Below are positions 1 through 9,829 of a stretch of DNA of 40,555 nt, piece by piece. Source of the stretch: Octopus bimaculoides (Eukaryota); the NCBI RefSeq assembly GCF_001194135.2, contig NC_068996.1, positions 54,774,969 to 54,815,523 on the forward strand, read 5' to 3'. Numbering within the stretch: the stretch's first letter is position 1; every line of letters starts with the position of its first letter. Both the position numbers and the translations under genes were made by a program. Under the pieces are notes generated by a model. The model saw only the letters and a list, made by a program, of their open reading frames with translations, searched no databases and was not told where the DNA came from.

Positions 1-43
1 ATATATATACTTTATTTAAAAGCACCAGAAATATAACAAAAAA

Positions 44-89
44 AAAACCGTTACTCTGAGTTTCATGTTCCCGTTCATCGGACAGTTTT
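44..89 (-). ncRNA. Minimal type I hammerhead ribozyme fold, core variant CCGAUGA
   Basis: Minus strand reads AAAACTGT-CCGATGA-ACG GGAA CAT-GAAAC-TCAGA-GTA-ACGGTTTT. Stem I has 8 bp (one G.U), stem II is short with one mismatch, stem III is near-palindromic ACTC(A)GAGT, and the site is GUA. Confidence 0.7.
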
Positions 90-129
90 GTTAGAAATGG
101 AGAAAGGATATATATATATGTATGTATGT

Positions 130-316
130 ATAGGTTTGTGTGTCTGTGTTTGTGCCCCCACCATCGCCTGACAACCGATGCGGTTCGACAAAGCGACCGA
201 TAGAATAAGTATTATGCTTACAAAGAATAAGTCCTGGAGTCGATTTGTTCGACACAAAAAGGCGGTGCTCCAGCATAGCCGCAGTCAAATGACATACAAA
301 TAAAAGAGTAAAAAAG
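130..316 (+). mobile_element. 3' part of tRNA/CORE-type SINE
   Basis: Matches the body/tail (gaccgatagaataagt...ggtgctccagcat...gcagtcaaatgac...aaaagag) repeated at 12715-13000, 14780-15312 and 32300-32575. Confidence 0.75.
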
Positions 317-487
317 TACCTACGTATGTTTGAGTGTATACACGTGTGGCATATGTAATATGTGTGTGTCTATATGCCTGTGTGCGTGTGTCTGTCTGTT
401 ATGTATGTATGCATGGGAGGGTCGAACATGCGCACGGCACCACGTTTTCAGTGTGTATTTTTACGGTCAGAGCTGTAGCTGACGAAA

Positions 488-914
488 ATGTCTCGAGATG
501 CTAAAGTTGAGCTGAAAAAACAAGTGACTTTACTGCAAGGGGTAGGTATAATCGTGGGTATTATAATAGGATCGGGAATATTTGTATCTCCCGTAGGCAT
601 TTTACAAAATGTGAGATCAGTTGGTCTTAGTCTATTAATGTGGGCAATATGCGGCTTGTACAACATGCTTTGTGCCCTGTGTTACGCAGAGTTAGGGGCT
701 TCGATACCTGAATCCGGGGGCGAATATGTCTATATTAAAAGAGCCTTCGGAGATTTTGCAGGATTCGTATGTCTTTGGATAAATTTTCTGCTAGTATGTC
801 CCGTTGGTATTGCTGCTGCTTCTCTAATATTTACAACGTATTTGCTGAAACCAATTTTCTCCGAATGTGACATACCTGAGAGCGGACTCCGCTTAATATC
901 AGCATTAATTGTCA
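488..914 (+). CDS. SLC7 light-chain (L-type/heteromeric) amino acid transporter, coding exon 1 (TM1-TM3 and start of TM4); exact paralog not assignable
   Basis: Translation has VELKKQVTLLQGVGIIVGIIIGSGIFVSP (TM1 GSG motif), CYAELG..IPESGGEYVYI..AFG and KPIFSEC (heavy-chain-linking Cys, codon 866-868). Donor GTAAGT at 915, phase 1. The ORF-track extension to 1093 is intron read-through. Confidence 0.95.
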
Positions 915-2459
915 GTAAGTATTGCATTATTCAATCAAAGCTATCAATTCAATTCTTCATTTGTTGTCCTCTTGTTTATATTTTGAATTGCCAACTTCGT
1001 ATCGTTCTCAATGTATTTTCCAATTTATGTTGCTCATGTGCACTTTTTGTTTTATGTAAATTATATATTTTAATGTTCGGTATTTATTCTTAATGTTTTT
1101 TTTTATGTTATTCTGTAGTTGTATTTAATCCTAAAATGTAATTATATGAACCTTATTTGCCCACATAATACTAATTAATATATTATGTATGAAATGTAAT
1201 CTCATAATGTAACCTCTTGGTGTTGTTGCATCATGCAATATAAGAAAATTTGAATTACAGTTAATACTTCAATAACGGTAAGTTCAGCACTTATACAAAG
1301 ATAAGAAAACTCGTTGCCGATAATAAATTGGGGTATTGAACAAATATTGAATCATACAAAACATGTCATATAAATACAAGCGTGACAGTCAAATTTTGTC
1401 TTTTGTTGTTGATTTTATTCGAAAATAAAATCTTGCCTATTTTAGGCATTTCGCATAAATTGCAGGTCGGTATTTTTTGAAAGAAAAATAGAGAAAAGAA
1501 GAAAAAAAAGGAAAATTATAAAAGTTGGGTAAATAACTTTGTAGCAGCTGTTGGGAAAATTATATTTCGCTTTGGGTTGTTTTTGCGCGCGTGTGTGTGT
1601 GTGTGTGTGTAGTAGTAGTAGTAGTTGTAAACGAATTAACCAACCTCGGTGCTTCGGTATTTTCATTCTATTTTGCATGTTTTTTCGTCTTTTTAAAAAG
1701 GCAAAAAACGTTGTTCATGTCGCAAGGAACAGTATTCAAAATTTCCCGTCCCATTGTCAAGCAGAAGGAGAGAGATACTTTCAACATTGTAGGTTAAAAT
1801 ATAAATAAAAAGGAAACAATGTTATAGTAATTCCGAAAGTGATACAGTTCACAGACTACTACTTTTACTAGTTTACCTATTTGATGTCCAGTTTGTCTCT
1901 TGTTTTCATTTATTCCGTCAATAGTTTGTTATATTCGTTGGGTTTTGTTTTGAAGTGTGAGATATAATTAAATCAAAAGTTTAAAATATGTGTTTGGATA
2001 TTTTTAGTTATCGAAAAAGAAACAACAGAAAATATGAACATCGAGTGCGGTGTGTTTATTTCTTACTACAATAATCCTTTTTAACTGGAAACACCCTTCG
2101 TGGTAACAGCTTTGTTTTAATCTCTTGCTTAACTTATTTAGAATTATAAAGACCTTATATCTTTATTATATTGAGTCCTTATATCTATCTTTGTTCACTG
2201 CAACATATACTTTATCTCCGCTCAAAGCAGCTTAAACACGTGTGCCTGTATTTTACAAAAGTCGTTGTTTATTTTGTATTTGCCTCATAATAGTTAATGA
2301 AACAGTTTTCTAAATTTTCAACATAGCAAAGAAACATCTAAAAAAAAAAAAATTGTCAGCCCGCCACGTGGTCCCAACAGACGAAATGGAAAAGGCATTG
2401 TCCCTGAGCATAACGAATGAGATTTATATGATATATCCATACATATGTATATATAAAAG

Positions 2460-2558
2460 GCGGCGGAGGTAATGAATACGTACACCACCCGTTTTCGGCG
2501 TAACAAAAGCCCTAATCCTAACCCCTAAACACCGGGTGTACGTATTCTTTACTTTCGC
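2460..2558. mobile_element. ~99-bp MITE-like element with internal degenerate (CCCTAA)n
   Basis: Inverted repeat core gaatacgtacacc/ggtgtacgtattc. Flanking 8-bp direct repeat TATAAAAG at 2452-2459 and 2559-2566. Confidence 0.55.
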
Positions 2559-2785
2559 TATAAAAGCTATTGTTGCACAATGAATCTGTGATAAACTAAG
2601 AATAAGAAAGTAACTGCAGATCCTTCCTTAATACACTATTCATTCCTTCAAGATGATATGAAGGTTCCCTCGCATATTTCTTTGCATTATCGTATTGTTT
2701 CTAATTTCGGCGCCAAGTCAGCAAAGGTATTTTTCCAGTGGCTAATAATCCCGCCAATTCAATATGCTTTTTCTAATGTTTATTC

Positions 2786-2954
2786 GGTAATTTTTCAGAT
2801 TAACACCCGCACGATCTTCACTAGGGTTTTAGGGTTTAGGTTACGGTTTTGGGGTTAGGGTTTGGGTTAGGGAATTTCGTCCCTAACCGTAACCCTAATC
2901 CTAAACCCTAGCACCCTAGTGAAGATCGTGCGAGTGTTAATCTGAAAAATTACC
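2786..2954. mobile_element. 169-bp foldback MITE with telomere-like internal repeats
   Basis: 42-bp TIR (GGTAATTTTTCAGATTAACACYCGCACGATCTTCACTAGGGT, 1 mismatch) continues into TTAGGG/CCCTAA-like arms. 8-bp TSD GTTTATTC at 2778-2785 and 2955-2962. Confidence 0.8.
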
Positions 2955-3029
2955 GTTTATTCTATTGGGTTGTCAGATAAATTCATATCTTTTCCCCCCA
3001 TTTATTTTAATACTTATTTTTCGATAGTT

Positions 3030-3300
3030 TTTACAAATCAGCCAGTGATATACCCTCCTTCAGTCTTCACAATTCCTTGTTAATCTCTTGAAATCATCAG
3101 GTTTTGCTTCGTAGAATTCATCGAAACACTTTAACAGCTTGCAGATTATGAGAGAGACACCAAGAAAAAGTGATAACCTAAAGGTGGTATATAATGAAAA
3201 TTCGGTGGATGCTGTAGAACTTCCCAACCGAGCTTCTGGACAGTATTTTTTGACAAATTAGCAATGTAGGGGTTGGGATTTGTCTTTTTCGTGGTACCTA
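3030..3300 (-). pseudogene. Decayed mariner transposase C-terminus
   Basis: Minus translation PYIANLSKNTVQKLGWEVLQHPP...GYHFF, then FDEFYEAKPDDFKR, resembles the mariner LGWEVLPHPPYSPDLAPSDYHLF region. It contains stops and frameshifts. Confidence 0.7.
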
Positions 3301-4504
3301 TGCACTGAGATTTTGGTTTTTACTNNNNNNNNNNNNNNNNNNNNNNNNNNNNNNNNNNNNNNNNNNNNNNNNNNNNNNNNNNNNNNNNNNNNNNNNNNNN
3401 NNNNNNNNNNNNNNNNNNNGCGGAGAGTCTGTGAGTTTGAATTTCCTCTTCATGAAACATGGAAACCATTCCAGTGCAGATCTTTCAGTTATCTATCTAT
3501 CTAGGTCATCCCACAGGACACCCCTAATATTCCTAGGACCACATGGAGCAGTGCCCTGTGACTCCTATGTGCAACTGAAACCCCCTATAACCCCTCTCAG
3601 TTATAATGCCCTCTTTATACATGACACAGATGTCATGAGTGGCTTTGGTGATTTTGGAACCGAGACTGTAAACGTAGAGATGCAGGTGTTGAAAAGATTC
3701 TTCTTGGCACTCCATCATCATCGTCTCAAAAGATATGAAATGAATTCAAATTTTAAAGATGATAGACAAAAGTTGTTAATTCAAAGAACATTTAGAAAAA
3801 ATGAACGGATTTATTTAGCAACCCAATATATTACCTGAAGTGCCTGATTCGGTCTGGATCTCTCTGAGTAAGATGTTCTGCAACAATAGGGTAGCCAACC
3901 TCATTCAGAAATAATGAAGATTGACATTGCTTCATTGCTGTGTCACTACAGTACCTTTTCAAGTGAACACCTGGCCAAATCTGCTGCCTACTCTCGCAGA
4001 CAAGACACTTCCCTTGGTCAGATGGTCTGTGTTTTTCCAACATCTGCCACAGTGAATGGGTGTGATTGACATTTGTCAATTAATGTATTCTCTACAATGT
4101 CGTTATTATGGACCCCGTCCGAGATGCGAGTCAACATTTAAGTCCACAAAATTTTGGTTTGAGCAGTTGTTTGTAAAGAATTGTTGTGCAGACCTCTTTG
4201 CTTTCGCAACAAAGTCCAGGTAGTTCCCCTGCAGCAAAATAGACAGTGACTCAGGATAGGATTTTTCATCTGTTCCACACAGCAATCTACTTCTTTCACC
4301 TGAAGGGAAATGTGAGAGTGAAGTGAGAGAGAGAATTGTAAATTTTGTGAATGAAAGTGGTTTCAAAGAGGATTGACCCTCCAGTTTCATGTGGTTAGAA
4401 CTGAGACACTTTTCTATGCAAACAGAAAAATGGACATTAAAGTGATAATTATGATATATGGTTACATGTATATAAATATGTGTGTATGTGTATATATATA
4501 TATA

Positions 4505-4862
4505 GCATGTCAATGCCAGTGCCACCTGACTGGTCCAGTGCTGGTGGCACGTAAAAAGCACCATTCAAGCATGGTCGATGCCAGTGCCACTGGACTGGTT
4601 CCGTGCCGGTGGCATGTGAAAACCACCATTCCAGCGTGGCCAATACCAGTACAGCCTGACTGGCCCTCATGCCGGTGGCACATCAAAAGCACCCAGGACA
4701 CTCTCAGAGTGGTTGAAAATAGGAAGGGCATCCAGCTTTAGAAAACCTTGCCAGATCAGATGGACCCTGGTGCAGCCTTCTGGCTTGCCAGCCCTCAATC
4801 AAACTATCCAATCCATACCAGCATGGAAAGCTGATGTCAAACAACGATGATGATGATGATGA
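4505..4862 (+). mobile_element. RTE-type 3' tail repeat with internal ~60-bp subrepeats and (GAT)n end
   Basis: gagtggttg...aggaagggcatccagc...agcatggaaag...gatgatgat. Same family as 11582-11920, 12297-12575, 29160-29472 and 31467-31630. Confidence 0.75.
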
Positions 4863-5392
4863 TATATCGTTTGAATTTACAGAAAACAAAAGACACAGAC
4901 AGGTAAGGGAACAACAAGCAGTTGTATTAGTTTGACATCCAGAAAGAATGGAAAAGTCTTTGAAGCTTCAAGCCTATGCTCTTTGGCAGAAAGGGTTGAG
5001 AGTAAAAAATAGACAAAGAATGAAAAAAAGCAAAGGGAGAAAAAATGTGTAAAGATTAATGGTTCAACATGATACACACACACATTTTACATATACTCAG
5101 ATATTATATATACTGATATCATGTATTGTCATTTTCATTGTTTTAATGTCCATAATTCTATGCTTGCATAAGTCAGGTGGAATTTGTTGAAGCAGATTTT
5201 CTATGGCCAGACACTTTTCCTGTCTTCAACCATTTCCAAGTAAGGTAACGCAATGCTGAGTAAGTGCTATGGACAGACTATAGTTAAGCTCCAGGTTCGG
5301 TAATTATGCGAATGAGGAGTCCAACGTAGGTCATACAGAATGAGATAAAAATCCAAGGCTGTGAAGGATTTCAGAACATTTATAAAGAGAAG

Positions 5393-5440
5393 GTCTTACA
5401 GCTGTTTCCAGGATATTTTATATATCCCTTCATTGGAGAC
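5393..5440 (-). ncRNA. Degenerate minimal type I hammerhead ribozyme
   Basis: Minus strand GTCT-CCAATGA-AGGGATAT ATAAA ATATCCTG-GAAAC-AGCT-GTA-AGAC. Stems I-III and the GUA site are present, but the core has two substitutions relative to CTGATGA. Confidence 0.55.
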
Positions 5441-6719
5441 AGTGTGAGAAAATGGTTAAGCAATAGTTATTCTAGATAAGATATGAAATAGAGAGTGAAG
5501 TGGAGGAATGAAAATAGATGTGAGATATGCAGGGATATTGTATCTTCAGTTCCATCATTTAGGCAGAATGGTATACATATAAGTTTCCTGTGTATGTGTA
5601 TGTGTTCGCATGCATGCCTCTATAACATGACATAGATTCTGTGTGTGTGTATCTGTGTAGTGCAGATTCTGTGAAAAGTGTGAATGGATAAACATTTATT
5701 TCTTGAATGCTCAATGTCCTTGTCTTTGTGAATGTATTGTACATTTAGATATTTGTCAGTGCACGTCCATTGTTTATTCTTGGAGAGGTGCACAACAAAT
5801 TACAATTTCATGACTTTCCCCATTTTTCATTCTTATAATTCAAAAGAATCAGGAATTTGCTTATGTTACTTCACACATAAACAAATCACAGATGCATGAA
5901 TACCACATTAGCGTGTTTTACTAACCTAACACACACACCAACATATGTTTATTACTGCAAGGTTATTCAAAAACAAAGCAGATTTTTAATTTATTTTTAA
6001 AACAAACACCAAGATATACAAATATATTTATATATTTCTTGATAGAGGAAGGTTTAAAGTTTATTTTAAGGTAGCATGCACTCAACATAAGCACCGGTGA
6101 TTTTTCTTTTACAAATGCAACCTTTTTCTCTGAAATTTTTATGCCATTTGTAAATTTGCTTGTGACAAGGTGGATTTTTATTGAATTAACAGCAAAATTC
6201 ACATTGCACATACACAATCGATTTGTATTTCTCAAACTGCAGCACACGAAAAGACTTTTCTTGTGGCAAGGGATTACACAAATGAAAATTATACAACTTT
6301 AAATAAAATGAACAAAATGAAACATTCAAACAAAATTAAACAATTATTTTATTTAAGGCTTAATTCAATTGATCATGTTCAGCTATAAACTTTAAACCTT
6401 CCACTATCAAGAAATATGTAGAATGTTTGTGTCTCTTACTGTTTGTTTTAAAAATAAGTTTGAAATCTGCACTTTCTTTTTGAATAACCTTGTATATAGG
6501 TCTGTTATCATCTTCACTCTTGTGGGGAGTGATAGGGGGAAACCTAACATATCTGCCACAATATCTGGTTGGCTGCGTTTATTGACCAACTTAATGTCAA
6601 GATGCATGTTGCACCAGCAACACAAATATGCACATATGGATTCGGAAATGATCCTATATTGTTTGTAATTTTATATAGTTTTTTTTTTTTACTTTTTGTG
6701 ATGGTGTTTTATCCATTTT

Positions 6720-7160
6720 TGATTGCATTTTATCCATTTTTCTTTTTATGTGATGGTTTCCACTCAGTTATTAGTGTAGATTCACATATCTATCGTAAAG
6801 TTGCATTGTATGGCTGTGTCAGTATGATTTGTATGTCAATGTTATTCAGCATGCTGAAGAGTACTAGTATGTTTTCTATTCTTATATATTCTTTCTATTG
6901 AGCTCCCATTCTTTCTGCTAAACTTCAGGCAGTTCCCCCTATATTCACTGTGATTGACTTCTTGCATTTACCCTCCATACATCTTTTATTATACTGTTGA
7001 TCCTAGGGTTCATTTTTACACTCAAATCCTATTTGTACATGTAGTCCTATCATAGAGGTATATTCTGCTTAACTGTGACCTAATGGATTTTCCTAGTTTC
7101 TCTACTACCTTAATTCTAAGTTTAGCATCACTCAGCCCTTTCTTAAACCTATGAAACTAA
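6720..7160 (-). pseudogene. Decayed Penelope-like element, linker/GIY-YIG region
   Basis: Minus translation FKKGLSDAKLRIKVVEKLGKSIRSQL...RCMEGKCKK..NIGGT..SLAERM aligns by eye with FRKALKETKLNIKIIKKPGSSIRSQL...RCIEGACKD..YIGETCRSITERL of the 10065-10877 ORF. Confidence 0.7.
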
Positions 7161-7446
7161 TCACTATTATACTATGTGTTTACTTTATCTGGCTACTTAT
7201 TTCTATTTTATTATAAGCCTCTGAATTTTTCTGTGTGCCCCCCCCCCTCCCTGTACACTCTGATTCAGTTTTTTGGGTTATGCCATAAGAACTGCATGCA
7301 GTGCATTTCTCTATTTCACAGAGTTTGCTTGATGAAGACAACTAAATTTGATATGAGTATATTTATCTTAACATTATGGAATAAGTACTGGGAGGCCATG
7401 GATTTTGCATATGGATGAGGGAGCTGTAATTTCTTATCTATTGGCA

Positions 7447-7712
7447 CAGGAGTGGCTGTGTGGTAAGTAGCTTTCTTACCAACCACATGGTTCTGGGTTT
7501 GGTCCCACTTCGTGGCACCTTAGGCAAGTGTCTTCTACTATAGCCTCGATCCGACCAAAATCTTGTGAGTGGATTTGGTAGATGGAAACTGAAAGAAGCC
7601 CGTCATATATATGTATGTGTGTGTATATGTTTGTGAGTCTGTGTTTGTCCTCCCAACATCGCTTGACAACCGATGCTGGTGTGCTTACGTCCCCGTAACT
7701 TAGTAGTTCAGC
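7447..7712 (+). mobile_element. tRNA-derived CORE-type SINE, 5' head and body
   Basis: A-box-like tggctgtgtggtaag, B-box-like ggtttggtccca, CORE-like ggcaccttaggcaagtgtcttct, internal (TA/TG)n. Confidence 0.75.
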
Positions 7713-7714
7713 AT

Positions 7715-8470
7715 TACTTTCCTGTGATTCCACTGCCCTTCTTGCATCTCTATAGTTTGCAATGAGTACATTATATGGAAAGTTTACCAAATCTATATAT
7801 CCAAGTGGGGTTAGTTTCCTGTAGAGAATAGAGTCATGTCGGTTTTCTGCTAACTAGAACTTTGGTCTTTGCTTGGTTATGGTCCAACGATTCCAGGTTT
7901 TGCTTTCACACCTGGATTTTCTTTTTTCAGTTCTGTTATTAATTTTATTACACATTTTGTTATAAGAACGTTGTCATCAGCATATAGTAATTCTCAAGGG
8001 TCACTGGTCTTAAATTCCTCTGTTTTGGTCTGGTAAATTATGATGAATAGGAAGGGACTGAGAAGTGATCACTGATGAACTCCTTATCTGTATACTAAAT
8101 TCATTGAAGGTAAGAGTTAGTATACAAGACATTCATCTCATCCTAGTTTCCTCAGAGACCCCATCATCACAGATCACGTGACCCTGTTGAAGACTTTCTC
8201 CAGGTTAACAAATACCAACTACGGTGGTTTATTTTTAGCAAACTACATTTGCACTTTCCTTACTAGAAAGAGGGCACATTAGCAGTGCATCTCTCTGGCA
8301 CCAAACCAAACTGCATATATCCAAATTCTCTTCTTAAATAATTGGGCTATAACTTTTTCTGTAACTTTCATAATCTGGTCCAGCAATCTGATACTTTTGT
8401 GATTCTATTTAAGGCATCCCCTTTTGTCCTTGTAACAATTGACTAAAATGCTGCTGCAGTTGTTGGATGT
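7715..8470 (-). pseudogene. Decayed RTE-type LINE reverse transcriptase
   Basis: Minus-strand fragments KGDA..., MQFGLVP, FVNLEKVF, GVHQ, ELLYADD and AKTKVLVSRK, homologous to the 28176-28523 fragment. Many stops and frameshifts. Confidence 0.8.
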
Positions 8471-8535
8471 AAAACCTTTCTTTTAATGTGTATGTATAGA
8501 TACACGCATATAGAGAGAGAGACAGACAGACAGAT

Positions 8536-8886
8536 GCAGGCGTGGCTGTGGGGTTAAGAAGCTTTTTTCCTAACTATGTGGTTTCATGTTCAGTTTCATT
8601 CCATGGCACCTTGGGCAAATGTCTTCTAGTGGGCCAACAAAAATCCTGTGAGTGAATATGGTAGACAGAAACTGGAAGAAGCCTGTCATGTGTATGTGTG
8701 CCTTTACTTTGATGTCACATGATCATTATCATCATAGAAGCAATGTTGTTGTTTCTAGTTTTCTGTATTAAACATGTTTGGCCTATAAACAGGTGAGGGT
8801 TGCAACGGGAAGGTCAGCCAAGCATAGAAAATTTGGTTCAACAAAATTCCATCTGATCCATACAAACGTGAGAACAGTAGAGGTTA
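8536..8886 (+). mobile_element. CORE-type SINE carrying an RTE-like 3' tail
   Basis: Same head as 7447 (cgtggctgtgg...ggcaccttgggcaaatgtcttct), but the 3' end ggttgcaacgggaaggtcagcc...tgatccatacaaacgtg resembles the RTE tail family. Confidence 0.55.
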
Positions 8887-8965
8887 NNNNNNNNNNNNNN
8901 NNNNNNNNNNNNNNNNNNNNNNNNNNNNNNNNNNNNNNNNNNNNNNNNNNNNNNNNNNNNNNNNN

Positions 8966-9051
<86 letters not shown>

Positions 9052-9072
9052 AACAGACAGACAGACAGACAG
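8966..9072. repeat. Compound microsatellite (TA)n(GA)n(CAGA)n, one of many simple repeats in the window
   Basis: Read directly. Similar tracts at ~18715-18905, 20420-20455, 25218-25252, 34750-34840, 34970-35060, 35920-35962 and 40224-40272. Confidence 0.95.
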
Positions 9073-9241
9073 ATGCAGATGCAATTGTGTTGTTAAGGGA
9101 CTTGCCTCCCAACATCCAGCCTTAGAAAATCTGTATCAGTAAGCTTCATCTACATATGCTTGGGTGGAAAAGTAGATATTAAAATGATACCGATGATGAT
9201 ATATCTATGTCTGTATATATAATAATAAAATATATATGTGC

Positions 9242-9273
<32 letters not shown>

Positions 9274-9534
9274 TCCATGTGTGTTTGTGTGTAGTATATC
9301 TTCTGTGTTCAAACTGATGTATGTCTACTACTGTTAAGTTTAGTGCTCCACATAGATTAATTTCATCCCATCTGCATCCAGAATAGGGCTTTAGCTACTA
9401 CTGTACTTAGTAATGTTATTACTAGGTATGCTATACAGAGTATGTGTGAGAGAAAATTAGTTTATCATATATGTATGTTTGGTTTGTAAGATTCTTTATG
9501 TGAGTTTGTGTGTTAAAGCATATTTTGTTGTCTA

Positions 9535-9780
9535 GGGAGAGTCATTCTCTTTTAGTGCCTTATTACTTAATACACACACTGGTTCAATTTCCACTCATTT
9601 ATTTTTTCTAAAATTTTCGTTGCGCCTTGCAACCTCTTCAATAGTCATTGGCTCTGGTCATTATCCCAGCTGCATTCTTTTTGTTTGTTTGTGCACATGT
9701 GTGTGGGTTAGTATGTGTGCACATACACGTATATATGTATGTATGCATGCATACATATATGTATGCATGTATGTGTGTGA
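9535..9780 (-). repeat. Left arm of inverted repeat flanking the Penelope-like ORF (inverted pseudo-LTR candidate)
   Basis: Reverse complement of ~11345-11581 (gtcattctcttttagtgccttatta...aaaattttcgttgc...ttgcaacc); clearly homologous but visibly diverged. Confidence 0.8.
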
Positions 9781-9829
9781 CAAAAAACAGTCCTCCATAC
9801 TCTACCAATATGACAAGAACCACATAGTA

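Noticed and set aside
915-1093. C-terminal third of the 201-aa ORF 488-1093
   Set aside because: Intron read-through after the GTAAGT donor; SLC7 similarity resumes only at 36038.
2821-2910. True telomere or chromosome fusion site
   Set aside because: Repeats are short, degenerate and enclosed by TIRs with a TSD.
8072-8130. CTGATGA followed by a 10-bp hairpin, hammerhead-like
   Set aside because: No GAAA/GUH; it is the reverse complement of the GVHQ codons of the RTE RT.
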